Shown: piece by piece, positions 17,831 through 27,987 of the stretch
Numbering within the stretch: the stretch's first letter is position 1
Layout: every line of letters begins with the position of its first letter
Virus record (IMG/VR): IMGVR_UViG_2639763012_000002
Coordinates: 29,914 to 93,913 of that record
Reading direction: 5' to 3' (one strand)
Length of the DNA: 64,000 bases
DNA from: a virus
Lineage: Duplodnaviria > Caudoviricetes
Notes under the pieces: generated by a model
Seen by the model: the letters and a program-made list of their open reading frames with translations, nothing else
What the model was told of the DNA's origin: nothing
Databases searched by the model: none
Made by a program: the position numbers and the translations under genes

Positions 17831-19046
17831 CTTCGAGCACACGACGGTTCGCTTCCTCCCGCTCGGTGTTGATGCGCTCGATCTCGGCCTGGGCGCGGGC
17901 GTCTTCGATCTGCTCCTGCCGGCGGGCGGCGCGTTCCTCACGCTCCCGCTCGGCGGCGAGGCGGGCGGCCTCGGCGCGGGCGCGTTCCTCGGCGATGCGG
18001 CGTGCCTCCTCGGCTGCGGCCTGAGCGCGGGCCTGGGCAGCCTCGGTGTCGGCGTCCGCGGCGGCCTGGCGGGCGCGCAGTTCGGCGAGCCGGGTGGCCT
18101 CCTCTTCGTCGGCGAGGCGCCGCTGCCGTTCCGCCTCCTCGCGGCGGGCTTCCTCTTCCTCGGCGGCGCGCTTCCGCTCCTTCTCGGCGGCCTCGTCGGC
18201 GCGCCGCAGCTCCTCGTCGACGTCGCGCTTCTGGTTGGTGTGCTGGCTGGTGCGGCGCATGGCGCGCAGGCTCTGCTGGTGCGCTGCTTCGGCGCGTTCC
18301 TCGCGCTCCTGGTCAGGCAGGGCGAGGGCCTCGGCGAGGGGGAGACCGTAGCGGGCCATGCGCAGTGGCAGGACGCGTTCCGCGCTGCGCCACCACAGCC
18401 GGCCGTGCTCCTCCCGCATCCGGGCGCGGTAGACCTTCATGTCGCGGCGGCGGTCGACCACTTCGCGGTAGGTGGTGAGGCCGTGGCGGGTCTGGGCGCG
18501 CCAGATGCGGGCGGTGGCGATGGGGGCGACGAGCCACATGCGGCCGGGTGGGTATTCGGTGGCGGTTCCGGCGTTGATGTCGGCGGCGCGGGCGATGGCG
18601 TGCCGGGCGGCCTCGGCGACGAGGATGAACAGGCATGGGGTGGTGGCGTGCATGGCCATGGCCAGCATGTCGGGGTAGGCCGACCAGGCGTTGAACACTA
18701 CGGTGGCGGCGGTCAGCGTCCATGCGGCGGGGCGCAGCAGGGGGAAGGGGATACGCAGCCACGTGAGGAGGAGGTCCAGGGCGACGCAGATCCCGATGCC
18801 GAAGTCGAGGCCGATGGGGAACCAGGCCGCGAACGACCCGAAGCCCTTGCGCTCGGCCAGCTCGGCGACGGCGTGGTAGGAGCCGACGAACCCGATGCCG
18901 GCGATGACGAGGGCGCCGGCGATGACGATGCCGACGAGGGCCCACTGGCCGCGGCTCAGCTCAACGCGCGGCCGGAGGGCTTCGCGGGGCTGGGTGGCGG
19001 GGTGAGGCTGCTCCCGGGGTGGGGTGGGGGCGGCCTGGGCTTGCAT
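17382..19046 (-). CDS. DUF2637 (Spd-like) membrane protein with coiled coil and C-terminal MerR/excisionase-type HTH
   Basis: IGFVGSY...FPIGLD..I...DL...TVVFNA TM block; long E/R/A coiled coil; LTGAQVAKLKGVSPGTVRSWVNRGRL. Confidence 0.85.
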   Translation of the reverse strand: MQAQAAPTPPREQPHPATQPREALRPRVELSRGQWALVGIVIAGALVIAGIGFVGSYHAVAELAERKGFGSFAAWFPIGLDFGIGICVALDLLLTWLRIPFPLLRPAAWTLTAATVVFNAWSAYPDMLAMAMHATTPCLFILVAEAARHAIARAADINAGTATEYPPGRMWLVAPIATARIWRAQTRHGLTTYREVVDRRRDMKVYRARMREEHGRLWWRSAERVLPLRMARYGLPLAEALALPDQEREERAEAAHQQSLRAMRRTSQHTNQKRDVDEELRRADEAAEKERKRAAEEEEARREEAERQRRLADEEEATRLAELRARQAAADADTEAAQARAQAAAEEARRIAEERARAEAARLAAEREREERAARRQEQIEDARAQAEIERINTEREEANRRVLEASQRRPATPARNTATLQRRNGTRNTATPPATPGIATPGAPRNTATPVAATVATPNTTPQDVAAPEPATPSSRNTATADTSHLEQVVEEAARNVAADNDQPLLTGAQVAKLKGVSPGTVRSWVNRGRLTPRSRDDNGHNLFHPADVAELD

Positions 19047-19085
19047 GGCAGTGGGTCCTCTCTCGGGTGGGAGTCGGGGGTCGGG

Positions 19086-19379
19086 TCAGGGGAGGAAGGC
19101 GGCGAGGGTGGTGATGCCGATCAGTTCGAGCGAGAGGTAGGCCCCGATGGCGCTGGCGGCGATGATGAGGGCCGCGATGACGGCGACCGTGGGGTGCCCG
19201 ACGATGACGTTTTCGATCAGGTTGGGGTGCCGGATGCCGTCCCGGTCGATGGGGATGAGGCCGTCGTGGGCCGCGTTGCGGTGGGCGAACATGTCGTCGT
19301 GGGCGTCGGCGTGCTCAATGTCGCCGGTGCGCAGGGGCCCGATGTAGGGGCACTGGTTGCACTGGTAGACGAGAGGCAT
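19086..19379 (-). CDS. Hypothetical zinc-binding membrane protein
   Basis: CxxC...H...H motif plus C-terminal TM helix. Confidence 0.55.
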   Translation of the reverse strand: MPLVYQCNQCPYIGPLRTGDIEHADAHDDMFAHRNAAHDGLIPIDRDGIRHPNLIENVIVGHPTVAVIAALIIAASAIGAYLSLELIGITTLAAFLP

Positions 19380-19480
19380 GGGGCTGCTCCTGGCGGCGGG
19401 TTAGGTGAGTGCGGTGGTGGCCCAGATGGCGAGTGCCAGGGCGTGTGCGATGAGCGCGATGAGGGCGACGGTGCGGAGGC

Positions 19481-19867
19481 TCACGAGGTGGTGAGGACGA
19501 GAGCGAGGGCCACGATGGCGCCCGCGATCAGGCAGGCGAACAAGAGGAGGTCGTGCCCGGTGGGCTCGGTGCCGGTGGCGGGGCGCGTGGTGTTGAGGAG
19601 CGCGGTGCATTGAGCCGCGTGGGCCTGGGCTTGTCCGTGAGCGTTCTCGTGCCAGATGTGGTGGCGGCTGGCCGGGCAGGCGGCGCAGGACCATTCGGAG
19701 TCGGACGCCTGGTCGTCGGTGACGTTCACGACGTGGTCGCGGTCACCGAGCGCGGTGCCGGCGGCGGTGAGGTAGCGGTGGGTGGTGCTGGCCGGCGAGG
19801 GATGCGGGTCGGCGGGGCGGGGTGTGCGTCCGATGTGGAGATGGGCGCGGAGGCGGCGGCTGTTCAT
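19481..19867 (-). CDS. Hypothetical zinc-finger membrane protein
   Basis: WSCAAC...AQAHAAQC plus C-terminal TM helix. Confidence 0.6.
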   Translation of the reverse strand: MNSRRLRAHLHIGRTPRPADPHPSPASTTHRYLTAAGTALGDRDHVVNVTDDQASDSEWSCAACPASRHHIWHENAHGQAQAHAAQCTALLNTTRPATGTEPTGHDLLLFACLIAGAIVALALVLTTS

Positions 19868-19913
19868 GGCTGCGGGGTCTCCTGACTGTGGCGATGGGGC
19901 GGAGTGGTGCGGG

Positions 19914-20696
19914 TCAGCCAGCGGTGGCGTTGGCGGCGTGGGCGCGGAGGTGGCGGATCTCCGCGCAGGGCCCGTTGGTGGCGCACCCGGATTCCCAACT
20001 GGTCTCGGGCACGGTCCGGCCGAACATGTCGCTGGCGACCTGAGCGACGATCCGGCTCATCTGCGGGTCGGAGGGCCGGCACAGGCTGGCCTGGGTTCCG
20101 ACGCCGTGGCGTTGGGCGCTGAGGACGTGTTGGCGGGCCTGCTTCCCGGCCCACCTGCGGGCGTTGGGGCCGGTGTTGGCCTGCACGTGCCCGATGTCGT
20201 GGAGGGTGTTGGCGTGGCAGCGAGTGCAGTGGTAGGTGACGAGCGGCTGATCGGGCCGGTTGGGGCTCCGGGAGCCGTGGTACTCGTAGACGATGACCTG
20301 GCTGTTCCCGTCGGGGTGGGGGTGGGTGGTGAGGATGCCGCGGCCGTCCGGGTGCCAGGTGAGGTTGGGGATGTAGTCGGCCCACCCGGAGCCTTCGGGC
20401 CAGAACTCGTAGATGTGGCCCTGACGCTGGTCGAAGGTCGCGGTGCCGTCGGCGTTCTCAGCCTGGTACTGCTGCACCTGCTCAATGGGGCCGAAGTAGA
20501 GGGCGGAGTGTTCCTCCGACTCCAGGAAGATGAGGCCGTAGCCGTCGGGCCGCTTGTGCTCGTCAGCGAGGAAGGCGGTCATCTCGTCGAACCGGGGGTG
20601 GGCGGGGGTGAGGTAGCCGACGATCGGGAGCCGGTAGCGGTCGGCGCCGGTGACTCGGGCGGGGTGGGTGTCGCTGACGTAGTGGTACGTGGTCAT
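19914..20696 (-). CDS. Hypothetical protein
   Basis: Good RBS; YHCTRCH motif. Confidence 0.65.
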   Translation of the reverse strand: MTTYHYVSDTHPARVTGADRYRLPIVGYLTPAHPRFDEMTAFLADEHKRPDGYGLIFLESEEHSALYFGPIEQVQQYQAENADGTATFDQRQGHIYEFWPEGSGWADYIPNLTWHPDGRGILTTHPHPDGNSQVIVYEYHGSRSPNRPDQPLVTYHCTRCHANTLHDIGHVQANTGPNARRWAGKQARQHVLSAQRHGVGTQASLCRPSDPQMSRIVAQVASDMFGRTVPETSWESGCATNGPCAEIRHLRAHAANATAG

Positions 20697-20742
20697 GGCT
20701 GGGCCTCTCGTGGTCCTAGGGCGGATGGCGGATGGGGGCTGC

Positions 20743-21537
20743 TTATCGCTGCGGGATGCGGACGCGGCCGGACTTGGTGCGGGTGCGCACAGACAGGCGG
20801 GCGGCGATGGCCGGTGCGGTGGCGGTGATGGTGATGTCGCCGGACCTCGTGTCGGCGGTGATGCCGCACTCTGCGGTGGCGTGGGCGGCGATGTCGCCGG
20901 ACTCGGTGGTGGCCCAGATGTGGCCGCTCGCGTTGAGGATGTTGATGTCGCCGGATCGGGTGTTGGCGTCGGCGATTTGGGTGTGGCCGAGGGTGATGTT
21001 GCCGAGGTGGGTTTTCGCGCTGGTGTTGGCGGCCCGCTCGATGTGGATGTGGCCGGACTGGGTGGCGGCGGTGGCGTCTGTGATCGTCCCGGCGATGGTG
21101 ATGTCCGCCGAGTTGGTGCGGGCGGTGACCGAGCTGTTCTCGGGCACGGTGACGTCGATGGTGATCGGCGCCGGTTGTTGGGGCGCGGTGGCGGTGAGTG
21201 TGGCCTGGCTGCCGCCGAGGTGGATAGCGCCGTTGATGGTGTCGGCCTGGATGGTGGGCGCCCCGCTGCTGGCGGGGTTGATGATGTTCCGTGCGTGGTG
21301 GCGGGTGGCGTGGCTGTTGTTGATGGCCCTGACGATGAGCCTCGCGCCGTCCTGTCGGAGGGTGGCCGTGCGGACGATGTCGGCGGCCGGGCCCGACCGG
21401 CTGCTGGTGCGGATGGTGAGGGTGGCGCGCGTGCACTGGGGGGTGGCGCGGACGGTGATGGTGCCGGGGTGGTTGAGGAGGTGGGCGTCGATGGTGATGG
21501 GTCCGGTGGTGTTGGCGGTGAGGGTGCGGATGGTCAC
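20743..21537 (-). CDS. DUF4097-like beta-strand repeat protein
   Basis: Repeated T.SGDI motifs. Confidence 0.8.
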   Translation of the reverse strand: MTIRTLTANTTGPITIDAHLLNHPGTITVRATPQCTRATLTIRTSSRSGPAADIVRTATLRQDGARLIVRAINNSHATRHHARNIINPASSGAPTIQADTINGAIHLGGSQATLTATAPQQPAPITIDVTVPENSSVTARTNSADITIAGTITDATAATQSGHIHIERAANTSAKTHLGNITLGHTQIADANTRSGDINILNASGHIWATTESGDIAAHATAECGITADTRSGDITITATAPAIAARLSVRTRTKSGRVRIPQR

Positions 21538-22565
21538 GGTGTCGTCTCCTGGTAGGGGCGCGGTGATGGTTGGGGGTTGGTGCCCTGGGCGGGTCTCGAA
21601 TCCGCTGTGCTGCTCCCCTGGTTGGGGCCAGCTGCCAGGGCTGGGGGCCTACTGGCCTCGGGTGGCGGCCTCGCGGGCCTGTCGGACGTGGTCGGGCGAG
21701 TCGGGGGGTGGGGGCGGCGGGTCGCTGCCTTCGGCGGGCGCGGAGGGGTTGCTCATCTTGGTTGTTGTGTCCTGTTCTGGGTGGGGGCTGGCCGGCCGTG
21801 TGCAGGTGGGCCGGCCAGCCCCAGGGTTATCGGTTGGGGCGTCTCATCGGGGCGGAGGTGGGGGGTTGGGGCAGGCGTGCACGTCCCCGACGGGGATGGG
21901 CCGCTGGCACCCGGGGCAGGTCACGAACGGCCGCGCGGGCGGGTAGTTCGTCATCGCCGCCCCTGTGCGGTGCTGGGGTGCGGGGCGGGGATGGTCCTCG
22001 ACTTGAGTACTTGGGCTCCGCAGGAGCAGGCCCACCATCCGTTGCCCACGCTGTTCGTGAAGCCGCACTTGTGGGCCACGTCAGAACCCCTCGCTGCTCC
22101 GGTCGCAGGCGCCGCACGTGCAGGTGCGGGTCCGGCGATCAGCGCTGTAGGTCCACTTGTGCTTGTGCGCCATCAGCGGCCCCCGTTCGTGGGCCCGCTG
22201 TCCGGCTGGGGGGGCTCGCTGCGCTGGGTGGGGTCGGGGTACCAGGGGTGCGGGTCGCATTGCGGGCAGCCGCTGCTGGCGGAGCAGTTGGGGCCGTGGG
22301 TTCCGCTGGTCACCGGGTGCCTCCGATGAGGGTGGCGGCGTGGTGGCCGGCCCGGGCGCGCCCGGTGGGGGTGTAGGGCGGGATGGTGGGCGGGGTGGTG
22401 CCGGTGGGCCGCACGGGGGTGCGGCGTGTACAGGTAGCGCGTTCGCGGATACGCTGCACGGCGATCCTCCTTCTTGATCTTGCGGTTGGGTTGGGGGTCA
22501 GCGGTCCCCGCTGCCATATGGCGCTGCAATCGCCGGCAGTCGGGGGCCGTTTCTCGCGTCCGGGC

Positions 22566-22760
22566 TCAGGTGGCCGGGGACAGCTCCTCGGCGTGGACGG
22601 TGGACTCGCGGCCGTCGTCCTCGCGGATGCGGACCAGGTTGCCGTTGGCGGTGGTGACCTTGCCGGTCTCGCCGCCCTTGTGTCGGGTGGGCTGGATCGG
22701 GCTGGTGACGGTGACGCGGTCACCCGGGCTGTACGTCATATGACATTCCTGTTTGCTCAT
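22566..22760 (-). CDS. Small KOW/SH3-like protein
   Basis: YSPGDRVTV...GETGKV...VHAEEL. Confidence 0.55.
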   Translation of the reverse strand: MSKQECHMTYSPGDRVTVTSPIQPTRHKGGETGKVTTANGNLVRIREDDGRESTVHAEELSPAT

Positions 22761-22818
22761 CAGGGTTGGGTTGGGACCAGCGGCCCGGGGCGTTCCAGCG
22801 CCCGGCGGGCCTCAGGGG

Positions 22819-23007
22819 TCAGGCCGCGAGGTGGCCTTTCACCTCGGACTCGGGGATACGGATCGCGCCTCCCGGGCCACTGTCCGGGGCGCCCGGGGTC
22901 ACGAGGCGGCCGTAGCGGTACGCCTGAAGGCGTCCGATCTTGACCCATCGGTAGACGGTGGACGGGTGCACCTTGAGTCGGGCCGCCACCTCCTTCACGC
23001 GCAGCAT
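22819..23007 (-). CDS. Excisionase-like HTH protein
   Basis: MLRVKEVAARLKVHPSTVYRWVKIGRL...IRIPESEV. Confidence 0.85.
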   Translation of the reverse strand: MLRVKEVAARLKVHPSTVYRWVKIGRLQAYRYGRLVTPGAPDSGPGGAIRIPESEVKGHLAA

Positions 23008-23171
23008 TTGTCGCTCCTGATCTGGTAGTTGCAGGCTTCGCGCCTGTCGCAGAGCTTAATAGCTCGCCGACCTTTTTAGCAAGCTCTTGGGGGTAGAAGT
23101 GGATCTACGCAGGTGGGAGGCTTACTCATTAAGGATCTAAGGTGGCGCCTGCCGTCACATGGAGGGGCAGC

Positions 23172-23927
23172 ATGACTAAGAAGCAGTGGGACAGGCGTCC
23201 GGCCGCCGAACGGATCGCGGCCAGCATCCGAACAATGATCATGAGAGGAGAGGAAGGGTGGGAGCCGGCGGCACAGCTCCCGACCACAGCAGACTTGATG
23301 GCCGAGCACGGGGTCTCCAACGTGACGATCCAGAGGGCTGTCGGCGTTCTCAAGTCGGAGGGCCTGCTGGTTGGGCGCTCCGGGAGTGGCGTCTACGTGA
23401 GGGATGAGGCGCCACACGTCATCACACCGGCGTCGTACATCTCGCCGGAACCCGACAGCGCTGCGGACCGCTGGAAAATCAGCGCCTCTCACCGCGGCCG
23501 AGAGACCAACCGCGTCCTGGCAGCCGGGGAGATCGTCGCCCCCAAGCGGGTCGCCGAGGCGTTGGGCGAGGAGACGGTGATCCGCCGCAAGCGCCTGGGG
23601 TTGCTCGATGGGGAGCCTGCGGAGGTGACCTACTCGTACTACCCCGCCTCATGGGCGCGGGGGACAGAGCTTGCGCAGCGGAGGAAGATCCGCGGCGGAT
23701 CGCCACGGGTCCTCGCCGAGCTGGGGCACCGCTTGGCACCTCCTCAGGTGGATGAGGTTTCCGCGAGGTGGGCGACGCCTGAGGAGTACGAGCTGCTCCA
23801 ACTCCCTGGCGATGTACCGGTTTTCGACGTGTTCCGCATGGTGCCCGACAGCGAGGGGGTGGCGGTTGAGGTCACCGAGCTGATTAAGCCTGGGCACATT
23901 TTCAAGCTGGGGTACCGCGTGTCCTGA
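23172..23927 (+). CDS. GntR/HutC-family regulator with UTRA domain (KorSA/TraR-like)
   Basis: LPTTADLMAEHGVSNVTIQRAV...GSGVYV wHTH plus UTRA; divergent from xis/spd genes as in Streptomyces AICEs and plasmids. Confidence 0.88.
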   Translation: MTKKQWDRRPAAERIAASIRTMIMRGEEGWEPAAQLPTTADLMAEHGVSNVTIQRAVGVLKSEGLLVGRSGSGVYVRDEAPHVITPASYISPEPDSAADRWKISASHRGRETNRVLAAGEIVAPKRVAEALGEETVIRRKRLGLLDGEPAEVTYSYYPASWARGTELAQRRKIRGGSPRVLAELGHRLAPPQVDEVSARWATPEEYELLQLPGDVPVFDVFRMVPDSEGVAVEVTELIKPGHIFKLGYRVS

Positions 23928-24123
23928 CCTGCGAGGCCAGCCTCAACAGGCACACAACAAACGCAAAGCTTGCCGCAATTTCTATTATGCTTTACGGTGT
24001 TACTCAGTGCCACGCAGTGAACGCGTAAAGACCCCCAGGGCGCCGCAGTGGCGACATCCTGAGGGCCGGCACCAGCGGACTGCCATCCGCTGATCAATGA
24101 GTCCCTGCTGGAAGGACTACGCA

Positions 24124-24876
24124 ATGAGCGTAGCAACGCCGATGCCGCCTGCCCGTGTGCAGGCTGAGCACGCCCGCCCCACCCCGGCCGCCGAGGCTGA
24201 CGGCTGGTGGCCCGCCGGCCATCCGCACCCCGCGTGGTGTGCGCGTGACGAGCATGACGACACCGAGCCGGCCATGTACTCCTGTGTGGGTGACTCCGCC
24301 CGTACGGACCTGTCTCTCCCTCAGCATCAGGCCGTTGCTGGCATGGGCCTGTGGCTCCAGGTTGAGGTGCAGCAGCATGTGGCTGATGAGGCGCCGACGG
24401 TCCACGTGATGGCGGGGGACCTGGCTGAGCAGGAGCGTGTGTTGACAGTGGATGAGGCTGAGGCGCATGCGCGGGATCTGCTGGAGGCGGTGCGCGCGGT
24501 GCGGGCCGAGTCCGGGGCGTGCTTCGGAGCGTCCGTGGCTGCTGTCTCGGTGCCGGCGTGGTCGCCGGGGCCAGGTGTGGCGGTGGAGTGGGGTGTGCGT
24601 TTGCCGGACATTGGTGGTGAGCCGGCTGAGGTGGATGTGCGGGATAACCTGGCGGACGCCTTGGCGGCGTTGGGGCGGTACTCGTCGGTGGTGACGGGCG
24701 TGGCGCTGGTGTGGCGTGCGGTGCAGCTCGGCGAGTGGGTGGTGGCTGCTGAGGCGGGGGGGAGCCTGGCGCCTGCTGTGGCTGACGGGAACTGCTCGGT
24801 GACGCACGGCCGTTCGCAGGGTGAGGGCTACAGCACCCACGGTGAGGCCGTGGCGCAGAATGGGGGCAGGGCGTGA
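24124..24876 (+). CDS. Hypothetical protein (DUF6907-like N-terminus)
   Basis: HPAWC...LTVDEAEAHARDL. Confidence 0.55.
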   Translation: MSVATPMPPARVQAEHARPTPAAEADGWWPAGHPHPAWCARDEHDDTEPAMYSCVGDSARTDLSLPQHQAVAGMGLWLQVEVQQHVADEAPTVHVMAGDLAEQERVLTVDEAEAHARDLLEAVRAVRAESGACFGASVAAVSVPAWSPGPGVAVEWGVRLPDIGGEPAEVDVRDNLADALAALGRYSSVVTGVALVWRAVQLGEWVVAAEAGGSLAPAVADGNCSVTHGRSQGEGYSTHGEAVAQNGGRA

Positions 24877-25598
24877 CCGAGCGGAGTGTGGTTGAGCACG
24901 CACTGACGGTCTACTACGACAGCGCCGAGATGGCGCGGCGGGTCCTCGCACAGCACGACGAGGCTGAGGTCGCCCGCCTGCGGGGCGCGTTGTCGGACGC
25001 GGCGGACCAAGTTGCGGGGTTGGAGTCCGATCTGGGGGGCGAGTCCGCCGAGGTCACCCGGCTGCGGGCCCGCGTTGAGGAGCTGGTGCGGCAGCGGGAT
25101 GACGCGCTGGTGGGGATCGTCACGGCCAAGGCCGATGACGAGTTGGGGCCGGTGACTCCGCTCCGCTGGGGCCTGGGCGATGTGGAGGCGGACGACGACG
25201 GCAACCTGATGATCCTCATGTCCGGGCCCGACCGCGAGCCGTACATGCTGGAGCTGGACGCCGAGCGCGCCGCCGCGCTGCGCGACGAGCTGCCGGTCGC
25301 CGGCCCGGCCAGCGGAGGCTACCCGCCGGCCCTGCCCTGGGCGGCCTGGCTGGACGCCGACGACCTGTCCGCGCTGCTGGACGCCGTATCCGACGTGGTG
25401 GTGCCGCATGCGCCGGCCGGCGAGCGGCTGACCGCGCTGGAGGAGGTGCTGGCCATGTACCGGCTGATCGCCGAGGTCGACCACGCCCAGGCGGTCGTAT
25501 CCGGGCCCGGTCCGGATAGTGACGGGGACGTGTTGGTGGCGGTGCTGGACGCCCACGGCGTCGCCGACATCCCGGTCAGGGGTGACGGCCGTGGCTAA
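24873..25598 (+). CDS. Hypothetical coiled-coil protein
   Basis: GTGA overlap; shares LRWGL.D.E..DD domain with ORF 43617-44558. Confidence 0.65.
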   Translation: MTERSVVEHALTVYYDSAEMARRVLAQHDEAEVARLRGALSDAADQVAGLESDLGGESAEVTRLRARVEELVRQRDDALVGIVTAKADDELGPVTPLRWGLGDVEADDDGNLMILMSGPDREPYMLELDAERAAALRDELPVAGPASGGYPPALPWAAWLDADDLSALLDAVSDVVVPHAPAGERLTALEEVLAMYRLIAEVDHAQAVVSGPGPDSDGDVLVAVLDAHGVADIPVRGDGRG

Positions 25599-25872
25599 CC
25601 GGACGCCGATGAGTGCCCGCGCGACGCTGGAGGTCATGGTCCGCACGGGCCGGGGCCAGATGACGGTCTGGTCTCCGACCGAGGTCAAGCAGGCGCTCGA
25701 CCGCTACCGGGCTGAGGCGCGGGCCGACGTGCTGGTCGAGCAGGCCGACGAGATGGTGGACGCCTGCCCGGCGCACGGGGAGGCCGAGGAGGCGTGGACG
25801 GTGTGCCACTGCGAGGTCGCCGACGAGATGCGGCGCCTCGCCGACCTGATGCGTCCGGGAGGTGACCGGTGA
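25591..25872 (+). CDS. Hypothetical protein
   Basis: Coupled ORF with C/H cluster. Confidence 0.55.
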   Translation: MANRTPMSARATLEVMVRTGRGQMTVWSPTEVKQALDRYRAEARADVLVEQADEMVDACPAHGEAEEAWTVCHCEVADEMRRLADLMRPGGDR

Positions 25873-26939
25873 GCGCGACGACCAAGATCGAATGGACGGA
25901 CGCTACATGGAACCCGGTGACGGGCTACACGAAAGTCTCCCCAGGGTGCGACAACTGCTACGCGGAGACGCTGGCGGAGCGCTTCCGGGGCACCGGCGGC
26001 CACTACTTCGAGCAGGGCTTCGACGTGACATTGCGGCCGGAAAAGCTGCTGGAGCCGCTGCGGTGGCGGAAGCCGCGCCGGGTGTTTGTCAATTCGATGA
26101 GCGATCTCTTCCATGCCTCGGTGCCGGACGAGTATGTGGCGCGGGTGTGGGCGGTGATGGCCCTGGCCCCGCAGCACACATTCCAGGTGCTGACGAAGCG
26201 GCACGGGCGGCTGCGGGCGCTGCTCAGCAGCCCCCAGTTCCGGGAGCTGTGCGAGGCAGAGTGGAACTGGTTGGTGGGCGACGAGTCCACTCCGATGCCG
26301 CAGTACCGGCGTGACGCGTTCATGCGGCAGTGGTGGAGCGAGTTCTCCAGGCCGTTGCGCAACGTCTGGTTGGGCGTCTCTGCGGAGGACCAGGAGCGCG
26401 CCGATCTGCGGGTGCCGGCCCTGTTGGAAACGCCGGCTGCTGTGCGGTTCCTGTCCTGTGAACCACTCCTCGGGCCGATCGACCTCGAAGGGCCGCTGGA
26501 CGGGCCCGGGACCCGCCGGCAGTTGACGTACTGGCTGACGGGACGCCCCGGGGTCGGGGCGCCGAGCCCGACGCTCAGCGGTGTGGACATGCGGCCCCTG
26601 ACGGTGGGGCCGCGCCTTGACTGGGTGATTGCTGGGGGTGAGTCCGGGCGCGGTGCGCGTCCGATGCACCCCGACTGGGCCCGCCGGCTGCGGGACCAGT
26701 GCCAGCAGGCGGGCGTGCCGTTCCTGTTCAAGCAGTGGGGCGAGTACGTGCCGACTGGCTACCTGGTGATCGGTGGCACGGGCAGCGGCACGCTGGCCTT
26801 CAAGGACCCGGTGGACGAGTTGGGCCACCGGGTGGAGGTGCGGCGCGTGGGGAAGGGGCGCGCTGGCCGTGAGTTGGATGGACGGGTCTGGGACGAGTTC
26901 CCGACCCCGAGCCGGGCGCGCGGGGGTGAGGCGTCGTGA
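25869..26939 (+). CDS. DUF5131 (phage Gp37/Gp68, radical-SAM-like) protein
   Basis: TKIEWTDATWNPVTG.TKVSPGCDNCYAE, FVNSMSDLFH, FLSCEPLLG, WVIAGGESG, FKQWG. Confidence 0.92.
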   Translation: MSATTKIEWTDATWNPVTGYTKVSPGCDNCYAETLAERFRGTGGHYFEQGFDVTLRPEKLLEPLRWRKPRRVFVNSMSDLFHASVPDEYVARVWAVMALAPQHTFQVLTKRHGRLRALLSSPQFRELCEAEWNWLVGDESTPMPQYRRDAFMRQWWSEFSRPLRNVWLGVSAEDQERADLRVPALLETPAAVRFLSCEPLLGPIDLEGPLDGPGTRRQLTYWLTGRPGVGAPSPTLSGVDMRPLTVGPRLDWVIAGGESGRGARPMHPDWARRLRDQCQQAGVPFLFKQWGEYVPTGYLVIGGTGSGTLAFKDPVDELGHRVEVRRVGKGRAGRELDGRVWDEFPTPSRARGGEAS

Positions 26940-27655
26940 GCGTGGAAACCCTCACTGCCGAGCTGCCGGCCGATGTGGAGGCCCTGCGGGAGCTGTGTCT
27001 GGCGCAGCGGGAGCAGCTGCGGCGGCTGGAGCGGGACGCGTTGACGGGGCTGCTGCGGCGTGAGCCCTGGCACGACCGCGCGGAGGCGTGGCTGGCCGAT
27101 CCGGAGACCGGCCCGTGGGCGCTGGCATTCCTGGATCTGGACGGGTTCAAGCCGGTCAACGACCGGCTGGGGCACGCGGCCGGCGACGAGCTGCTGCGCG
27201 CCATCGGTGGCCGCCTCTCCGCGTGGGCCGAGCGGGCGGGCGCTCTGGTTGGCCGGCTGGGCGGCGACGAGTTCGCCGCGCTGTGGCCGTCTGCCGGGCC
27301 GGAGGCGGCCCGAGTGGGGGCGGCCGAGGTGGCGCGGCGCATCGCCGTCCCGGTGCTGCTGACCGGGGACGGGCTGCCGCCTGCTGTGCGCGGCGCCCAG
27401 GTACGGGTGACGGCCTCGGTCGGCGTTGTTCGGCAGGCGGACCATCCGGACGCTGGGCTGGGCGAGTTGCTGGGGCTGGCCGACGCGGCGATGTACCGGG
27501 CCAAGGAGGCCGGCGAGGCCGGCGCTCCGGGGCCCCGGGTGTGGCTGGCCGACCCGGACGTCGCCGCATGGCGCGAGCGGGCTGCCTGCCAGCGGCCGGC
27601 TGGTGAGCGGCGGGCGGGACGGCCCTACCCAGCCCCCACCACCCCGCCCGAATAA
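26936..27655 (+). CDS. Stand-alone diguanylate cyclase (GGDEF)
   Basis: DALTGL, DLDGFKPVNDRLGHAAGD, GRLGGDEF, ADAAMYRAK. Confidence 0.93.
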   Translation: MSVETLTAELPADVEALRELCLAQREQLRRLERDALTGLLRREPWHDRAEAWLADPETGPWALAFLDLDGFKPVNDRLGHAAGDELLRAIGGRLSAWAERAGALVGRLGGDEFAALWPSAGPEAARVGAAEVARRIAVPVLLTGDGLPPAVRGAQVRVTASVGVVRQADHPDAGLGELLGLADAAMYRAKEAGEAGAPGPRVWLADPDVAAWRERAACQRPAGERRAGRPYPAPTTPPE

Positions 27656-27987
27656 CCACTGGGGACGGCCACCGCGCCGCCCCCACCTCTCCCACGCCAG
27701 GGCCCTGGCCGCGCACACCTGCGTCTGGCCGGGGCCCTGGCCCACCCATGCCTCACACACCCCCAACGCCCTGCCCGGGGCGGCTGGTTGAGCTGGCGCG
27801 GCGCGCTGGCGGGTCGGCGGTTTTCACGCGCTCCTGTGAACCGTCGCGCCGCCCTCGTGCGCCCGTGCCGCCGCTCCCACCCCCCGGGTCGGCCTGACCG
27901 GAGAACTACCGTGCCCCCGCACAAGAACCACCCCACCCACGACCGCCGCCAGGCACAGGCCGGAGCGTCCCGCCAGGCGGTGTCCCG

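Noticed and set aside
17085-19613. 842-aa plus-strand ORF and many similar long Arg/Pro/Gly-rich ORFs
   Set aside because: Antisense shadows of real genes, typical of high-GC DNA.
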